A stretch of DNA of 54,920 bases from the NCBI GenBank assembly GCA_947589585.1, contig CANQCA010000001.1, positions 1-54,920 on the forward strand, in the 5' to 3' direction. Shown in pieces: positions 9,475-18,057 of the stretch; the stretch's first letter is position 1, and each line of letters begins with the position of its first letter. This stretch comes from an uncultured Clostridia bacterium (GTDB taxonomy: Bacteria > Bacillota > Clostridia > Christensenellales > Borkfalkiaceae). The notes under the pieces were generated by a model that saw nothing but the letters and a program-made list of their open reading frames with translations, did not search any database and had not been told where the DNA came from. The position numbers were made by a program, and so were the translations under genes.

Positions 9475-10332
9475 ATGCTCGCGATCATCGATATCGGTTC
9501 AAATTCCGTTCGTCTCATGCTTTGGGCGAACGGAAAATCTTTATTTAAGCAAGTTTGCACGACCCGTCTCGGCGAGGGGCTTGCCGCTTCGGGGGAACTA
9601 TCCGAAGCGGCGATGGCGCGGACACAGGCCGCCGTCGCAATGTTTTGCGAGAAAGCTTCTTCGGAGGAAGCGCGCACCTATCCCTTCGCAACGGCCGCCG
9701 TGCGCAATGCAAGAAACGGCGCCGCGTTTTGCGAAAGGATCAAGGCCGCCTGCGGGGTCGAAGTCGACGTCGTCTCGGGCGAAGAGGAAGCGCTTCTCGG
9801 CCTTACGGGGGCACTTTCTTCGCGGAAAACAGGCGGGATCATCGATATCGGCGGGGCGAGCACGGAGATATGTTTTCGGGACGTGAACCTTGTTTCCCAA
9901 AAGAAGAGCCTTCCCGTCGGCTGCGTCAGTCTTTACGATCGCTGCGGCGAAGACAGAGCCAAGCTCCAGAGGGCGATCGGCGATGTCCTTTGCGGCTTGG
10001 ATCCGGGAAGGACCGCCCAGCCCGTCTATTCCATCGGGGGAACGGCCGCAACGCTTACTTCGCTCAAGCTCGGTCTTCCCTCCTACGACGCCGGGAAAAT
10101 GCAAGAGACGATCCTCACCCGCGATCTGATGCACCAAACGGCGGAACTGCTGTTCTCTCTTTCCGAAAGCGAAAGGCGGAAGCTCCCCGGGATGGACGCA
10201 TCGCGGGCGGATATCATTGCGGGCGGGGCGTTGCTCCTGCTCAATATTATGAATTTTTTACACCTTGACGAAGTGCGTTTTTCCGACAGAGACAATTTAG
10301 AGGGGTATCTTTTCGCGAGGATTTTGCAATGA
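9475..10332 (+). CDS. Ppx/GppA phosphatase family protein
   Basis: MLAIIDIGSNSVRLMLW..., IIDIGGASTE and GGTA motifs of the ASKHA-fold Ppx/GppA N-terminal domains. The ATG at 9475 follows the previous stop. Confidence 0.8.
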   Translation: MLAIIDIGSNSVRLMLWANGKSLFKQVCTTRLGEGLAASGELSEAAMARTQAAVAMFCEKASSEEARTYPFATAAVRNARNGAAFCERIKAACGVEVDVVSGEEEALLGLTGALSSRKTGGIIDIGGASTEICFRDVNLVSQKKSLPVGCVSLYDRCGEDRAKLQRAIGDVLCGLDPGRTAQPVYSIGGTAATLTSLKLGLPSYDAGKMQETILTRDLMHQTAELLFSLSESERRKLPGMDASRADIIAGGALLLLNIMNFLHLDEVRFSDRDNLEGYLFARILQ

Positions 10333-11246
10333 GCGGTCACACCAAACGTATTTTATATGCGGTCTGCACGGTCGCGGGAGAGTGCATAGCCTTTGTTTCG
10401 GCTGTGCTCGGTTGGTGTTATTGTGCGCAGAGGTCATGGCCCGTGCTCAGCTCCTTTGTCGCCTTTTTCGTGTTTCTTCCGTTGAATGTTCTCGTGCACG
10501 AGCTCGGGCATATCTTCTTCGGACTTGTAACGAATATGAAGTTCGTCTCTTTGAAGCTCGGCCGCATCCTCTTCTTCCGTGAAAATAAAAAGCTGAAGTG
10601 CCGTGTTTGTATATCGACCGTCGCGGCGGGGGAGTGCGCGCTCTTCCCGAAGACGGACAGGCGGGTCCGCTCCTGCTTTTTGGCTGCGACCCTCGGCGGC
10701 GCGATCTTCAACTTTACATACGGCATAGTCTTTCTTCTTCTGTATTTTCTCGCCGAACAGCACCCCGTGCTTCTCTTTTTCGAAATGTTCGCCCCGGTCT
10801 CCCTTATAGAAGGCGTTGCCGCGCTCATTCCCGTAGAACTCGATGCGGGCAAGACGGACGGGCTCGTCGCCTTGGGACTTATAAAAAAATCTCCCGAGGA
10901 GGAGATCGCGCTCCGCGTTTTACGGGCGCAGGCGATTTTATACAAGCAGACTTTTTCCGAAGTTCCAGAGGCGCTTCTCTTCGATGTGCCCGTCGTGCGG
11001 GAGGATCTTTCCGCCCTGCACGCCCTCATGCTTTTGCGCATGCAGTACCTCCTTTGGGAGGGGAAAGAGGAGGAAGCTTCCCTGATTTTGCACTGCGTCC
11101 GGGAAGGGGAGAGCTTTTCCGTGGAAGAGAAGGCGGAGTTCGAACGCTACGATATGGCAAATGCGGCAGAGCATGTGCACGGCAACGACCTTCTCTTTGG
11201 CGTTCGTGCGCTCGAGGAGAAGCTCTGCGGAGCGCGAGAAAAATAA
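10329..11246 (+). CDS. site-2-protease (M50)-like membrane metalloprotease
   Basis: Multi-TM N-terminal half with HELGH inside a TM helix and a downstream IPVELDAGKTDG segment resembling the S2P LDG region. The C-terminal half is soluble and helical. Confidence 0.55.
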   Translation: MSGHTKRILYAVCTVAGECIAFVSAVLGWCYCAQRSWPVLSSFVAFFVFLPLNVLVHELGHIFFGLVTNMKFVSLKLGRILFFRENKKLKCRVCISTVAAGECALFPKTDRRVRSCFLAATLGGAIFNFTYGIVFLLLYFLAEQHPVLLFFEMFAPVSLIEGVAALIPVELDAGKTDGLVALGLIKKSPEEEIALRVLRAQAILYKQTFSEVPEALLFDVPVVREDLSALHALMLLRMQYLLWEGKEEEASLILHCVREGESFSVEEKAEFERYDMANAAEHVHGNDLLFGVRALEEKLCGAREK

Positions 11247-11351
11247 AAAATTCTGCTCTATGGCAGAATTTGCGATCTTTTGTATTTCCGTAGATACGGT
11301 CATCAAGCCTTCCCTCGGGCCGAACAAGTATATGAAGTTGTAAGATCTCGG

Positions 11352-11555
11352 TCAATCCGAAAGGCCAAGGAGATAATCCGAGGTAACGTTAAAATACCGT
11401 GCAATCTTCGCAATGTTCGATGCCGTCGGGTCGCTCTTGTTCGTCTCCCAATAGCATACGATCCCCAAACTGACGCTCAGATCCTTCGCAACAGTCGCTT
11501 GTGAGAGGCCTCGTTCTTTTCTCAGTTCCATGAGCCGTTCTGCAAATACTTTCAT
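11352..11555 (-). CDS. XRE-family helix-turn-helix transcriptional regulator
   Basis: 67 aa, ERLMELRKERGLSQATVAKDLSVSLGIVCYWETNKSDPTASNIAKIARYFNVTSDYLLG is a classic HTH_3 domain. Confidence 0.85.
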   Translation of the reverse strand: MKVFAERLMELRKERGLSQATVAKDLSVSLGIVCYWETNKSDPTASNIAKIARYFNVTSDYLLGLSD

Positions 11556-11726
11556 ATGCGTATATTATACTAAATTCCGTCTGCAAATGCAATAGTTTTT
11601 ATAAAATTTTTGATGAATTTTTGCAAAATTCACCAAATATATCAGGGGCATGTCTGCATGCGGAGAAAGCGCCTTTGATCCCCCGAAAAAATTCATGCAT
11701 AAACAGGACAGGCGTATGCCTGCATA

Positions 11727-12989
11727 TTAACCCTTTGTGAGAGCGGAGATGAGAGGGAAAAAGCCCTCGAACGACTTCCTTGTGCAAGCTGCTTCCCCGA
11801 TGGTCACCCCGCCCGTTTTCAGCCCGATGAGGGTGAAGGCCATTGCCACGCGGTGATCGCCGAAGCTTGAAAGATGAGCGGGGCGCGGGCGACCGGGAAG
11901 GATGGTAAACCCGTCTTCCCGGACGGTGCATTTTATCCCGAGCCGTTGGAGATTTTCGCATACGGCCGCCAAGCGGTCGCTCTCCTGATAGCGGAGGCGG
12001 GAGAGCCCCGTGATGCGGGTAGGCGTCGTTGCAAAGGGCGCGAGTGCGGCCACCGTGAGCGCTTGGTCGGAAAGCGATCGCATGTCTTCGCAAAAGCCAC
12101 GATACTCCCCGACGCCCGTTGCATCGGCGGTGAGCCCTTCCTCCGTCTCCTCGATGCGGACGCCCCGCTCCTGCAGATAGGAGAGGAAGGCAATGTCGCC
12201 CTGCACACTTTCCCGCTTGATTTTGCGGACGGTCACGGCGGCGCGAAGAAGCAGAGCTGCGGCGAAGAAATAGCATGCGGCCGAGACGTCGGGTTCGATC
12301 CCGATCTCATTGGGCTTATTTTCGATGGGACCTACGTTGTATGTATTTCCCACCCGATTGCAAGCTCCGCCGAACATTTCTATGAGCTTTGCCGTCATCG
12401 TAAGATAGGGGGAATGCTCTTCTCCGTCGGATAAAACGACGGAGAGGGGGCGGCCTGAGACCGCACCTGCGAGCATGAGGCCGCTTGCATCCTGCGTGCT
12501 GATCTGTGTCGGACAAGTGAGCGCGTGCGCAGCGACGCCGTCCGAATGCATGCGGAAGGGGAGACGGCCCTCCTCTTCCGAAAAATCGAATTTCACGCCG
12601 CATTGCTTCAGGATGGATATGATCTCCATGGGACGGCCACGCATCTGCGCCGAGGCGTTCACCTCGAAATCTCCGCCAAAGAATGCGAGGCAGGCCGTGA
12701 GGAACCTCGCCGCGGCGCCCGAGCTCTCCACATCGATGGCTGCCCGCCGCGCGATCTCCCGCGTGCCGTGCACGAGAAGGCCGCCTTCGCACTTTTCCGT
12801 CCGTACGCCGAGCGCATCGAGAGAGAAGAGAAGGGCGCGTACGTCTCCGCACAGTTCGCCCGAAGCAAGGAAGGTGTCTCCGGGGGTCAGGGCGGACAGG
12901 ATGAGCGCGCGGATGAGGATGCTCTTGGAGGCGGGCACCTCGACGGTAAATTTTTTGCTTGAAAGCTTGTTGACGGTAAAATCGTCCAT
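11727..12989 (-). CDS. aroA: 3-phosphoshikimate 1-carboxyvinyltransferase (EPSP synthase)
   Basis: VPASKSILIRALILSAL..., LSDQALTVAALAPFA..., RYQESDRL..., GDHRVAMAF motifs. The start is placed at MDDFTV (12989); the alternative upstream ATG is at 13037. Confidence 0.88.
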   Translation of the reverse strand: MDDFTVNKLSSKKFTVEVPASKSILIRALILSALTPGDTFLASGELCGDVRALLFSLDALGVRTEKCEGGLLVHGTREIARRAAIDVESSGAAARFLTACLAFFGGDFEVNASAQMRGRPMEIISILKQCGVKFDFSEEEGRLPFRMHSDGVAAHALTCPTQISTQDASGLMLAGAVSGRPLSVVLSDGEEHSPYLTMTAKLIEMFGGACNRVGNTYNVGPIENKPNEIGIEPDVSAACYFFAAALLLRAAVTVRKIKRESVQGDIAFLSYLQERGVRIEETEEGLTADATGVGEYRGFCEDMRSLSDQALTVAALAPFATTPTRITGLSRLRYQESDRLAAVCENLQRLGIKCTVREDGFTILPGRPRPAHLSSFGDHRVAMAFTLIGLKTGGVTIGEAACTRKSFEGFFPLISALTKG

Positions 12990-13029
12990 ACGAAAGATTA
13001 TAAGCGGAAGGGAGGGAAAAGTCAAGCTC

Positions 13030-13671
13030 ATGGGCATCGGGAATTACGAAGTGGTGCGAAGCAAGCGGAAGAGCTTGTCGCTCACCGTCACACGCGATCG
13101 GAAAATTCTTGTAAGGGCGCCCCTTTCGGTTTCCGAAGAACAGATAGGAAATTTTGTCATGGCGCACGGGAAATGGATAGAAAGGCGGCTCGCCGAGATG
13201 AGATACACGCCGACATTTTCCGACGGAAGCAAAATTCTCCTTCTCGGGCAGGAGATGGAGATCGCCTCCATGGCGCGGGCGGCCGTGAAAGATGGGGTAG
13301 TCTATCTGCCCCGTGCGGATCGCGAACGGGCGCTTGAGAGTATGTTGCGCCGCCTCACACGCGAGCGGATGCAGAGGATGCTTCTTTGCATCTGCGAAAA
13401 GGAACCGTCGCTTGAATTTACAAAGCTTACCGTGACGGGTGCGCGGGGAAGATGGGGCTCTTGCAGCAGCAAGAAGCATATTTCCTTTTCCTTCCGTACC
13501 GCCTTCCTTCCCGACGATCTCGCATACTACCTTTGCGTACACGAGCTTTGCCATACCCTGCATATGGATCACAGTGCAAAATTTTGGGCGTGCGTTGCGC
13601 GTCTCGTGCCCGACTATGCAAAAAAGAGGCGGGCGCTCAAGTCTTATCTTTGGGCGATGAACTGCCTTTGA
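13030..13671 (+). CDS. YgjP-like (DUF45/M48-type) metal-dependent hydrolase
   Basis: C-terminal 214 aa of track ORF 12475..13671. It contains RGRWGSCS...ISF..., HELCH (HExxH) and FW motifs. The upstream part of that ORF is antisense to aroA and was discarded. Confidence 0.75.
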   Translation: MGIGNYEVVRSKRKSLSLTVTRDRKILVRAPLSVSEEQIGNFVMAHGKWIERRLAEMRYTPTFSDGSKILLLGQEMEIASMARAAVKDGVVYLPRADRERALESMLRRLTRERMQRMLLCICEKEPSLEFTKLTVTGARGRWGSCSSKKHISFSFRTAFLPDDLAYYLCVHELCHTLHMDHSAKFWACVARLVPDYAKKRRALKSYLWAMNCL

Positions 13672-13695
13672 GCACATAAATTTGAAAGTTTGCAA

Positions 13696-13717
13696 AGTAC
13701 TATGTCACGCATAATTG
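13696..13717 (+). repeat. copy b of the recurrent motif (AGTACTATGTCACGCATAATTG)
   Basis: Lies 25 nt after the YgjP-like stop. It shares the 16-mer TTTGCAAAGTACTATG with copy d. Confidence 0.8.
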
Positions 13718-13833
13718 AAGGATATATCGCATTTTTCGCAAAAATCGTATTTTCATAAATACGATGAAAAATTACATTTTCCTCAAGAAAAATTGCAAAT
13801 TTTATATTTACAAAATTTTATGTATAGGTTATA

Positions 13834-14874
13834 ATGGAACAAGAAAAAGGTTTGTATTTCATTCGCATCGTCACCGAGCGCGAGGGGGAGAAAAGCTCCT
13901 TTGCCTCCCCGGGCGAATATTTTCCGACCGGGAAGGGCTTCCGCTTTGTCTACAAGACATATGGCGAGTCCACCGAGCTCGAACTATGCGGCGGGCGTCT
14001 TATTATGGCGCGGCGGGGCAGCAGCGGCTTTTCCTCTGTCTTCGAAGAGGGGACATCGGGCGAGATGCGGTTCTTTGCGGGCGGCTTGTCGGCCGTCATC
14101 CCCATGCGCACCCGGCGGCTTGAGATCGACGGCTCCGATCTCTTTGAAGCCATCCTTGAATACGATTTATTGTTCGGCGAATCTTTTACCCACTTTTGTC
14201 TTCATCTGAATATTTTTATCGGAGGTCCCATGCAGATCGATTATATCGGGCATTCTTGTTTTGCCCTTGAAAGCGGCGCAGGGCTTCGCATCGTCACAGA
14301 TCCCTTTGGGGACGTCGGGCTGCCCCTTCCGCCTCTTTCCGCAGATATCCTCACCGTAAGCCATGGCCACTACGACCACAACAACGTCTCTGCCGTAGCA
14401 CACGATAAACTTTTCGACCGTGCGGGCAAATATGAATACGGCGGCGCGACGATCGAAGCGTTCCGCAGTATGCACGACGACGTTCACGGCGCGAAACGGG
14501 GGGAGAATCTCATCTTTTCGTTTGAACTCGACGGCATGCGCATCGTCCATTTGGGGGATTGCGGCATGCGGGCGGAGGAGCTCCCCGCGGGGCTATCTCC
14601 CGATATCCTTCTCATTCCCGTCGGCGGAAATTATACCATCGATGCGCGCGAGGCAATGCGCTATATTGCGGCCCTTTCCCCCGGGATCGTCATCCCCATG
14701 CACTACCGTGTCGACGGGCTCAGGGTAGATATCGATGGCGTCGAGAAATTTTTGAAGTTCGCAAAAGAGCTGTATCCCGTCTCATATGCCAAGGGCGGGC
14801 TTTCCCTCACGAAGGCTTCGCTGCCTTCATCCACGAAAATCATTGTAATGGAGCGTAATCAAAATGGACAATAA
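13834..14874 (+). CDS. in-frame fusion of a DUF1934 (YwiB-like) domain and an MBL-fold metallo-hydrolase
   Basis: aa 1-132 resemble DUF1934 (RLIMARRG...MRFFAGG...IPMRTRRLEID...LEYDLLFG). From aa 133, MQIDYIGHSCFALE...SHGHYDHN...HLGDCG is MBL-fold. No stop lies between them, and GGAGG at 14221-14225 precedes the internal ATG at 14230. Confidence 0.7.
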   Translation: MEQEKGLYFIRIVTEREGEKSSFASPGEYFPTGKGFRFVYKTYGESTELELCGGRLIMARRGSSGFSSVFEEGTSGEMRFFAGGLSAVIPMRTRRLEIDGSDLFEAILEYDLLFGESFTHFCLHLNIFIGGPMQIDYIGHSCFALESGAGLRIVTDPFGDVGLPLPPLSADILTVSHGHYDHNNVSAVAHDKLFDRAGKYEYGGATIEAFRSMHDDVHGAKRGENLIFSFELDGMRIVHLGDCGMRAEELPAGLSPDILLIPVGGNYTIDAREAMRYIAALSPGIVIPMHYRVDGLRVDIDGVEKFLKFAKELYPVSYAKGGLSLTKASLPSSTKIIVMERNQNGQ

Positions 14875-16336
14875 AGTTGTCGAAAGAGATCTCCGCGACT
14901 ACTTAAGCTCGCTGCCCATCCCGATGCTGCGGATCGTCGGGAGAGAGAAGGGGGTGGCACAGCCTTCTTCCCTGAATAAAGAATCGCTCATCCAGTCGAT
15001 CCTCGATATCCTCACGGGGAGAACGCTTCCCATGCCTCGAAGCGGGCGGGGAGCGCCCGTTAAGCCCGCCGCGATCGATCCCGAGATCTGGCAAAGGCTG
15101 GATTTCTATACGAGGAGCTATCAGGAAAACGGCGGCTTCGATGATGCCTATCCTACGACGAAAAAGCTCGAGATGACGGTGCGCAGTCCTGTGCCCGCAA
15201 CACAGCCCGAAAACGATCCGAGGACTGTGAGCAACGGCATTCTCGAGATCACGCAGGCGGGATACGGATTTTTGCGCGCGAAAAACTGTCAGCCCTCCGT
15301 GGACGGCGACGTATTTATCCCCGCGCCCGTCATCAAAAATCTGCGTTTGCGGGCGGGGGACCACATCGCATGTATCGCCAAGCCCAAACTCAAGAGCGAT
15401 TCCGCTGCGGTAGAAGAGGTGCTCACCGTAAACGGCCTTCCCGTCGGCGCCTACGAACAGCGCCCGCACTTCGATTCGCTCACTGCAAAATATTCGCGCG
15501 AACGCATCACCCTCTCCGAGGGGTGCAACGACGTCTCTCTCCGCATCCTCGATATGTTTGCGCCCATCGGCAAGGGCCAGCGTGCGCTCATCATCGCACC
15601 GCCCAAAGCGGGAAAAACCACCCTTCTAAAATCTGTTGCCGGCGCCATTGCCGAGCACCATCGGGAGATCCGTCTCATCATTCTGCTCATCGACGAGCGG
15701 CCCGAGGAAGTCACGGATATTCGTGAAAGCGTGGAAAACGCCGAGATCGTCTATTCCACCTTCGACGAAGGGGCCGAGCATCATATCCGCGCGGCGGAGC
15801 TTACCATGGAGCACGCCAAGCGCTTTGTCGAGCTCGGGAAGGACGTCGTCATTTTGCTCGATTCGCTCACCAAGCTCACGCGGGCGTATAACTACGTCGT
15901 GGAGAGCACGGGAAAGACGCTCACGGGCGGCCTCGATGCCGCCGCATTTGCCGAGCCCAAGCGCTTCTTCGGCGCCGCCCGCAACACGGTGGAAGCGGGG
16001 AGCCTCACCATTCTCGCGACCGCGCTCGTCGAGACGGGCAGCCGCATGGACGATATCATCTATGAGGAGTTCAAGGGAACGGGCAATTCGGATATCTTCC
16101 TCTCGCGGGATCTGGCCGAAAAACGCATTTTCCCCGCCATCGATATCCGCCGTTCGGGAACGAGAAAGGAGGAGATGCTCCTCACGGGCGAAGAGCTTGC
16201 AGCCGTCTACAAACTGCGGGAGCGCGGCCTTACGGAGAATGTCGCGGGAATGATAGAAATGATCAAACGCACGGAGAACAATCAGGAGTTCGTCGCACGC
16301 ATTCCCGAGTGGCTCAAAGTATACAAAACCATGTAA
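14864..16336 (+). CDS. rho: transcription termination factor Rho
   Basis: [14 protein letters not shown] (CSD-like RNA-binding domain), [22 protein letters not shown] (Walker A) and [11 protein letters not shown]. Confidence 0.93.
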   Translation: MDNKVVERDLRDYLSSLPIPMLRIVGREKGVAQPSSLNKESLIQSILDILTGRTLPMPRSGRGAPVKPAAIDPEIWQRLDFYTRSYQENGGFDDAYPTTKKLEMTVRSPVPATQPENDPRTVSNGILEITQAGYGFLRAKNCQPSVDGDVFIPAPVIKNLRLRAGDHIACIAKPKLKSDSAAVEEVLTVNGLPVGAYEQRPHFDSLTAKYSRERITLSEGCNDVSLRILDMFAPIGKGQRALIIAPPKAGKTTLLKSVAGAIAEHHREIRLIILLIDERPEEVTDIRESVENAEIVYSTFDEGAEHHIRAAELTMEHAKRFVELGKDVVILLDSLTKLTRAYNYVVESTGKTLTGGLDAAAFAEPKRFFGAARNTVEAGSLTILATALVETGSRMDDIIYEEFKGTGNSDIFLSRDLAEKRIFPAIDIRRSGTRKEEMLLTGEELAAVYKLRERGLTENVAGMIEMIKRTENNQEFVARIPEWLKVYKTM

Positions 16337-16349
16337 AAAGGAGAAAGCA

Positions 16350-17300
16350 ATGTTGATTGGGATCGATCTCGGGGGCATGTCGGCCAAGGCCGCCGTCCTC
16401 GGAAAAGATAATAAACTCATTGGAAAGACACGCGTTCAGACTTCACGGGAAAGATCGCCCGAGGAGACCTCATTCGCACTCGCACAGCTTGCAAGGCGTG
16501 CCGCCGAAGCGGCGGGGGTCCCCTTCGAAGAAGTGGAAGCCATCGGCATAGGTTCTCCCGGGGTCATCGACAGCGAAAAGGGCGTCGTCGTGCAATGGTC
16601 GAATTTCGCATGGAAAAATGTTCCCCTTGCATCCTACGTCGAAAAATATTCCGGGAAGAAGACCTTCGTGCTCAACGATGCCAACTCCGCCGCGCTCGGT
16701 GAAGCAAAATTCGGCGCGGGGAAAAATTTCGACGACTGTGCGCTCGTCACGATCGGTACGGGCGTCGGCCTCGGCGTCATCATCGGCGGAAAACTCTTTG
16801 AGGGCTTCCACGGCGCGGGAACTGAGTTCGGGCACATGGTCATCCGTCAGGACGGAGAGCTTTGCACCTGCGGGAGAAGGGGATGCTTTGAATGTTACGC
16901 CTCGGCGACGGCACTCATCCGTTCCACGAGAGAGGAGATGCAGAGGAACCGCGATTCCCTTCTCTGGAAACAGGCTCTTTCCTTGGAGGGTGCAGACGGA
17001 CGAACGGCCTTTCTCGCCGCCAAAGAGGGGGACGAGGGGGCAAAGCGCGTGCTTTCCGATTATTTTGCCGTACTCGGAGAGGGGATCGTCAACCTCGTAA
17101 ACATCTTGCGCCCGCAGGCAGTGCTCATCGGCGGGGGGATCTCGGCTGAGGGCGAGAACCTTTTAAGACCTCTGCGCGAATATATTTATCCCCGTCTCTA
17201 TGTGCTCGATTATGCGCCTTTGGTGCTTTGTTGCGCCTCGCTCGGCAACGACGCCGGCCTCTATGGTGCCATCGAAAACGCCCGCAACAAAATGCAATAA
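16350..17300 (+). CDS. ROK family glucokinase
   Basis: MLIGIDLGG..., GVIIGGK...G..G.EFGHM..., and CTCGRRGCFECYAS as the ROK zinc motif. Confidence 0.85.
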   Translation: MLIGIDLGGMSAKAAVLGKDNKLIGKTRVQTSRERSPEETSFALAQLARRAAEAAGVPFEEVEAIGIGSPGVIDSEKGVVVQWSNFAWKNVPLASYVEKYSGKKTFVLNDANSAALGEAKFGAGKNFDDCALVTIGTGVGLGVIIGGKLFEGFHGAGTEFGHMVIRQDGELCTCGRRGCFECYASATALIRSTREEMQRNRDSLLWKQALSLEGADGRTAFLAAKEGDEGAKRVLSDYFAVLGEGIVNLVNILRPQAVLIGGGISAEGENLLRPLREYIYPRLYVLDYAPLVLCCASLGNDAGLYGAIENARNKMQ

Positions 17301-17521
17301 TCGAAATGCGGTCCGCAAGGCTTCCCCCATTCCAAGGGTCGCAAAACGCATTTCTGCACATCGGCACAGTGTGCCGTGTGCTGCGTTTTTGCGAGAAGTA
17401 AAGCGCGTATGTGTGCGCGAACGGTGACTGCCCCGCCCGCACGTTCTGATAGTCGTCGAAGGGCGGCATAAGCCGTCCCGCATCCGTTTAGAAAATATAT
17501 CGGGTTTTTCGGGGGAATCCA

Positions 17522-17550
17522 TTGACTTCCCGTCCAAAGATTTGTATAAT
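17522..17550 (+). promoter_or_regulatory. sigma-A type promoter, TTGACT-17-TATAAT
   Basis: -35 at 17522-17527, -10 at 17545-17550. No credible ORF lies downstream. Confidence 0.65.
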
Positions 17551-17556
17551 CCATCA

Positions 17557-17641
17557 TAAGATGAGCATGAAGCGAAAGGCTTCTCCTCGGTGGCACTTAC
17601 ATTTGATAAGTCGCTTACGAAGCTCATCTTTTTTATTTTTT
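17557..17641 (+). ncRNA. candidate small RNA (about 85 nt) ending in an intrinsic terminator
   Basis: Begins about 7 nt after the -10. Outer stem AAGATGAGC 17558-17566 / GCTCATCTT 17622-17630, inner stem AAGCGA 17570-17575 / TCGCTT 17611-17616, then TTTTTATTTTTT. Confidence 0.45.
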
Positions 17642-18016
17642 GCCTTATCGCATACTAATTCTTCGGCTTTCGATTTGTACTCTTTTTATAGGCTTTCTTT
17701 ATATGACGGACAACAGGTATATCACCCGCACCAAAAGACCGGCCTTCGCGGTCTCTCGCCATCTGAATTTTTTCATATTGCGGTGGGACTGACTATACAA
17801 ATCATTGTCCCTATCTTCTTTTATAAATCAATCCAATCTGTAGATTTTGGGCCGATCGGTCATGGACGAAAGATTATCCTGAGAACTTTCCGAAAATCCT
17901 TTCAAAAGTTGGCAAAAATCATGGGAAATATGTTATAATATATCAAGGGCTGCGCTCATAAAAAACCTTTCTAAAAATACCGAGAGAGCAAAATAAAACT
18001 TTCCATAAATACCATA

Positions 18017-18050
18017 CAAAAAAACACCGACGGGCGTCGGTGTTTTTTTA
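18017..18050. terminator. bidirectional intrinsic terminator
   Basis: A-run, then ACACCGAC-GGGC-GTCGGTGT, then T-run. It lies 8 nt beyond the stop of the minus-strand PadR-like gene. Confidence 0.85.
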
Positions 18051-18057
18051 TACGCAT

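Noticed and set aside
12475-13029. N-terminal 185 aa of track ORF 12475..13671
   Set aside because: This part is antisense to aroA and has an Arg/Ser/Pro-rich composition. The recognisable YgjP-like domain begins at the ATG at 13030, so the CDS was trimmed.
17522-17938. 138-aa ORF in the orphan region
   Set aside because: It begins within the -35 hexamer, lacks an SD, runs through a terminator hairpin and a T-run, and is AT-rich with unusual residue content. It is treated as non-coding.
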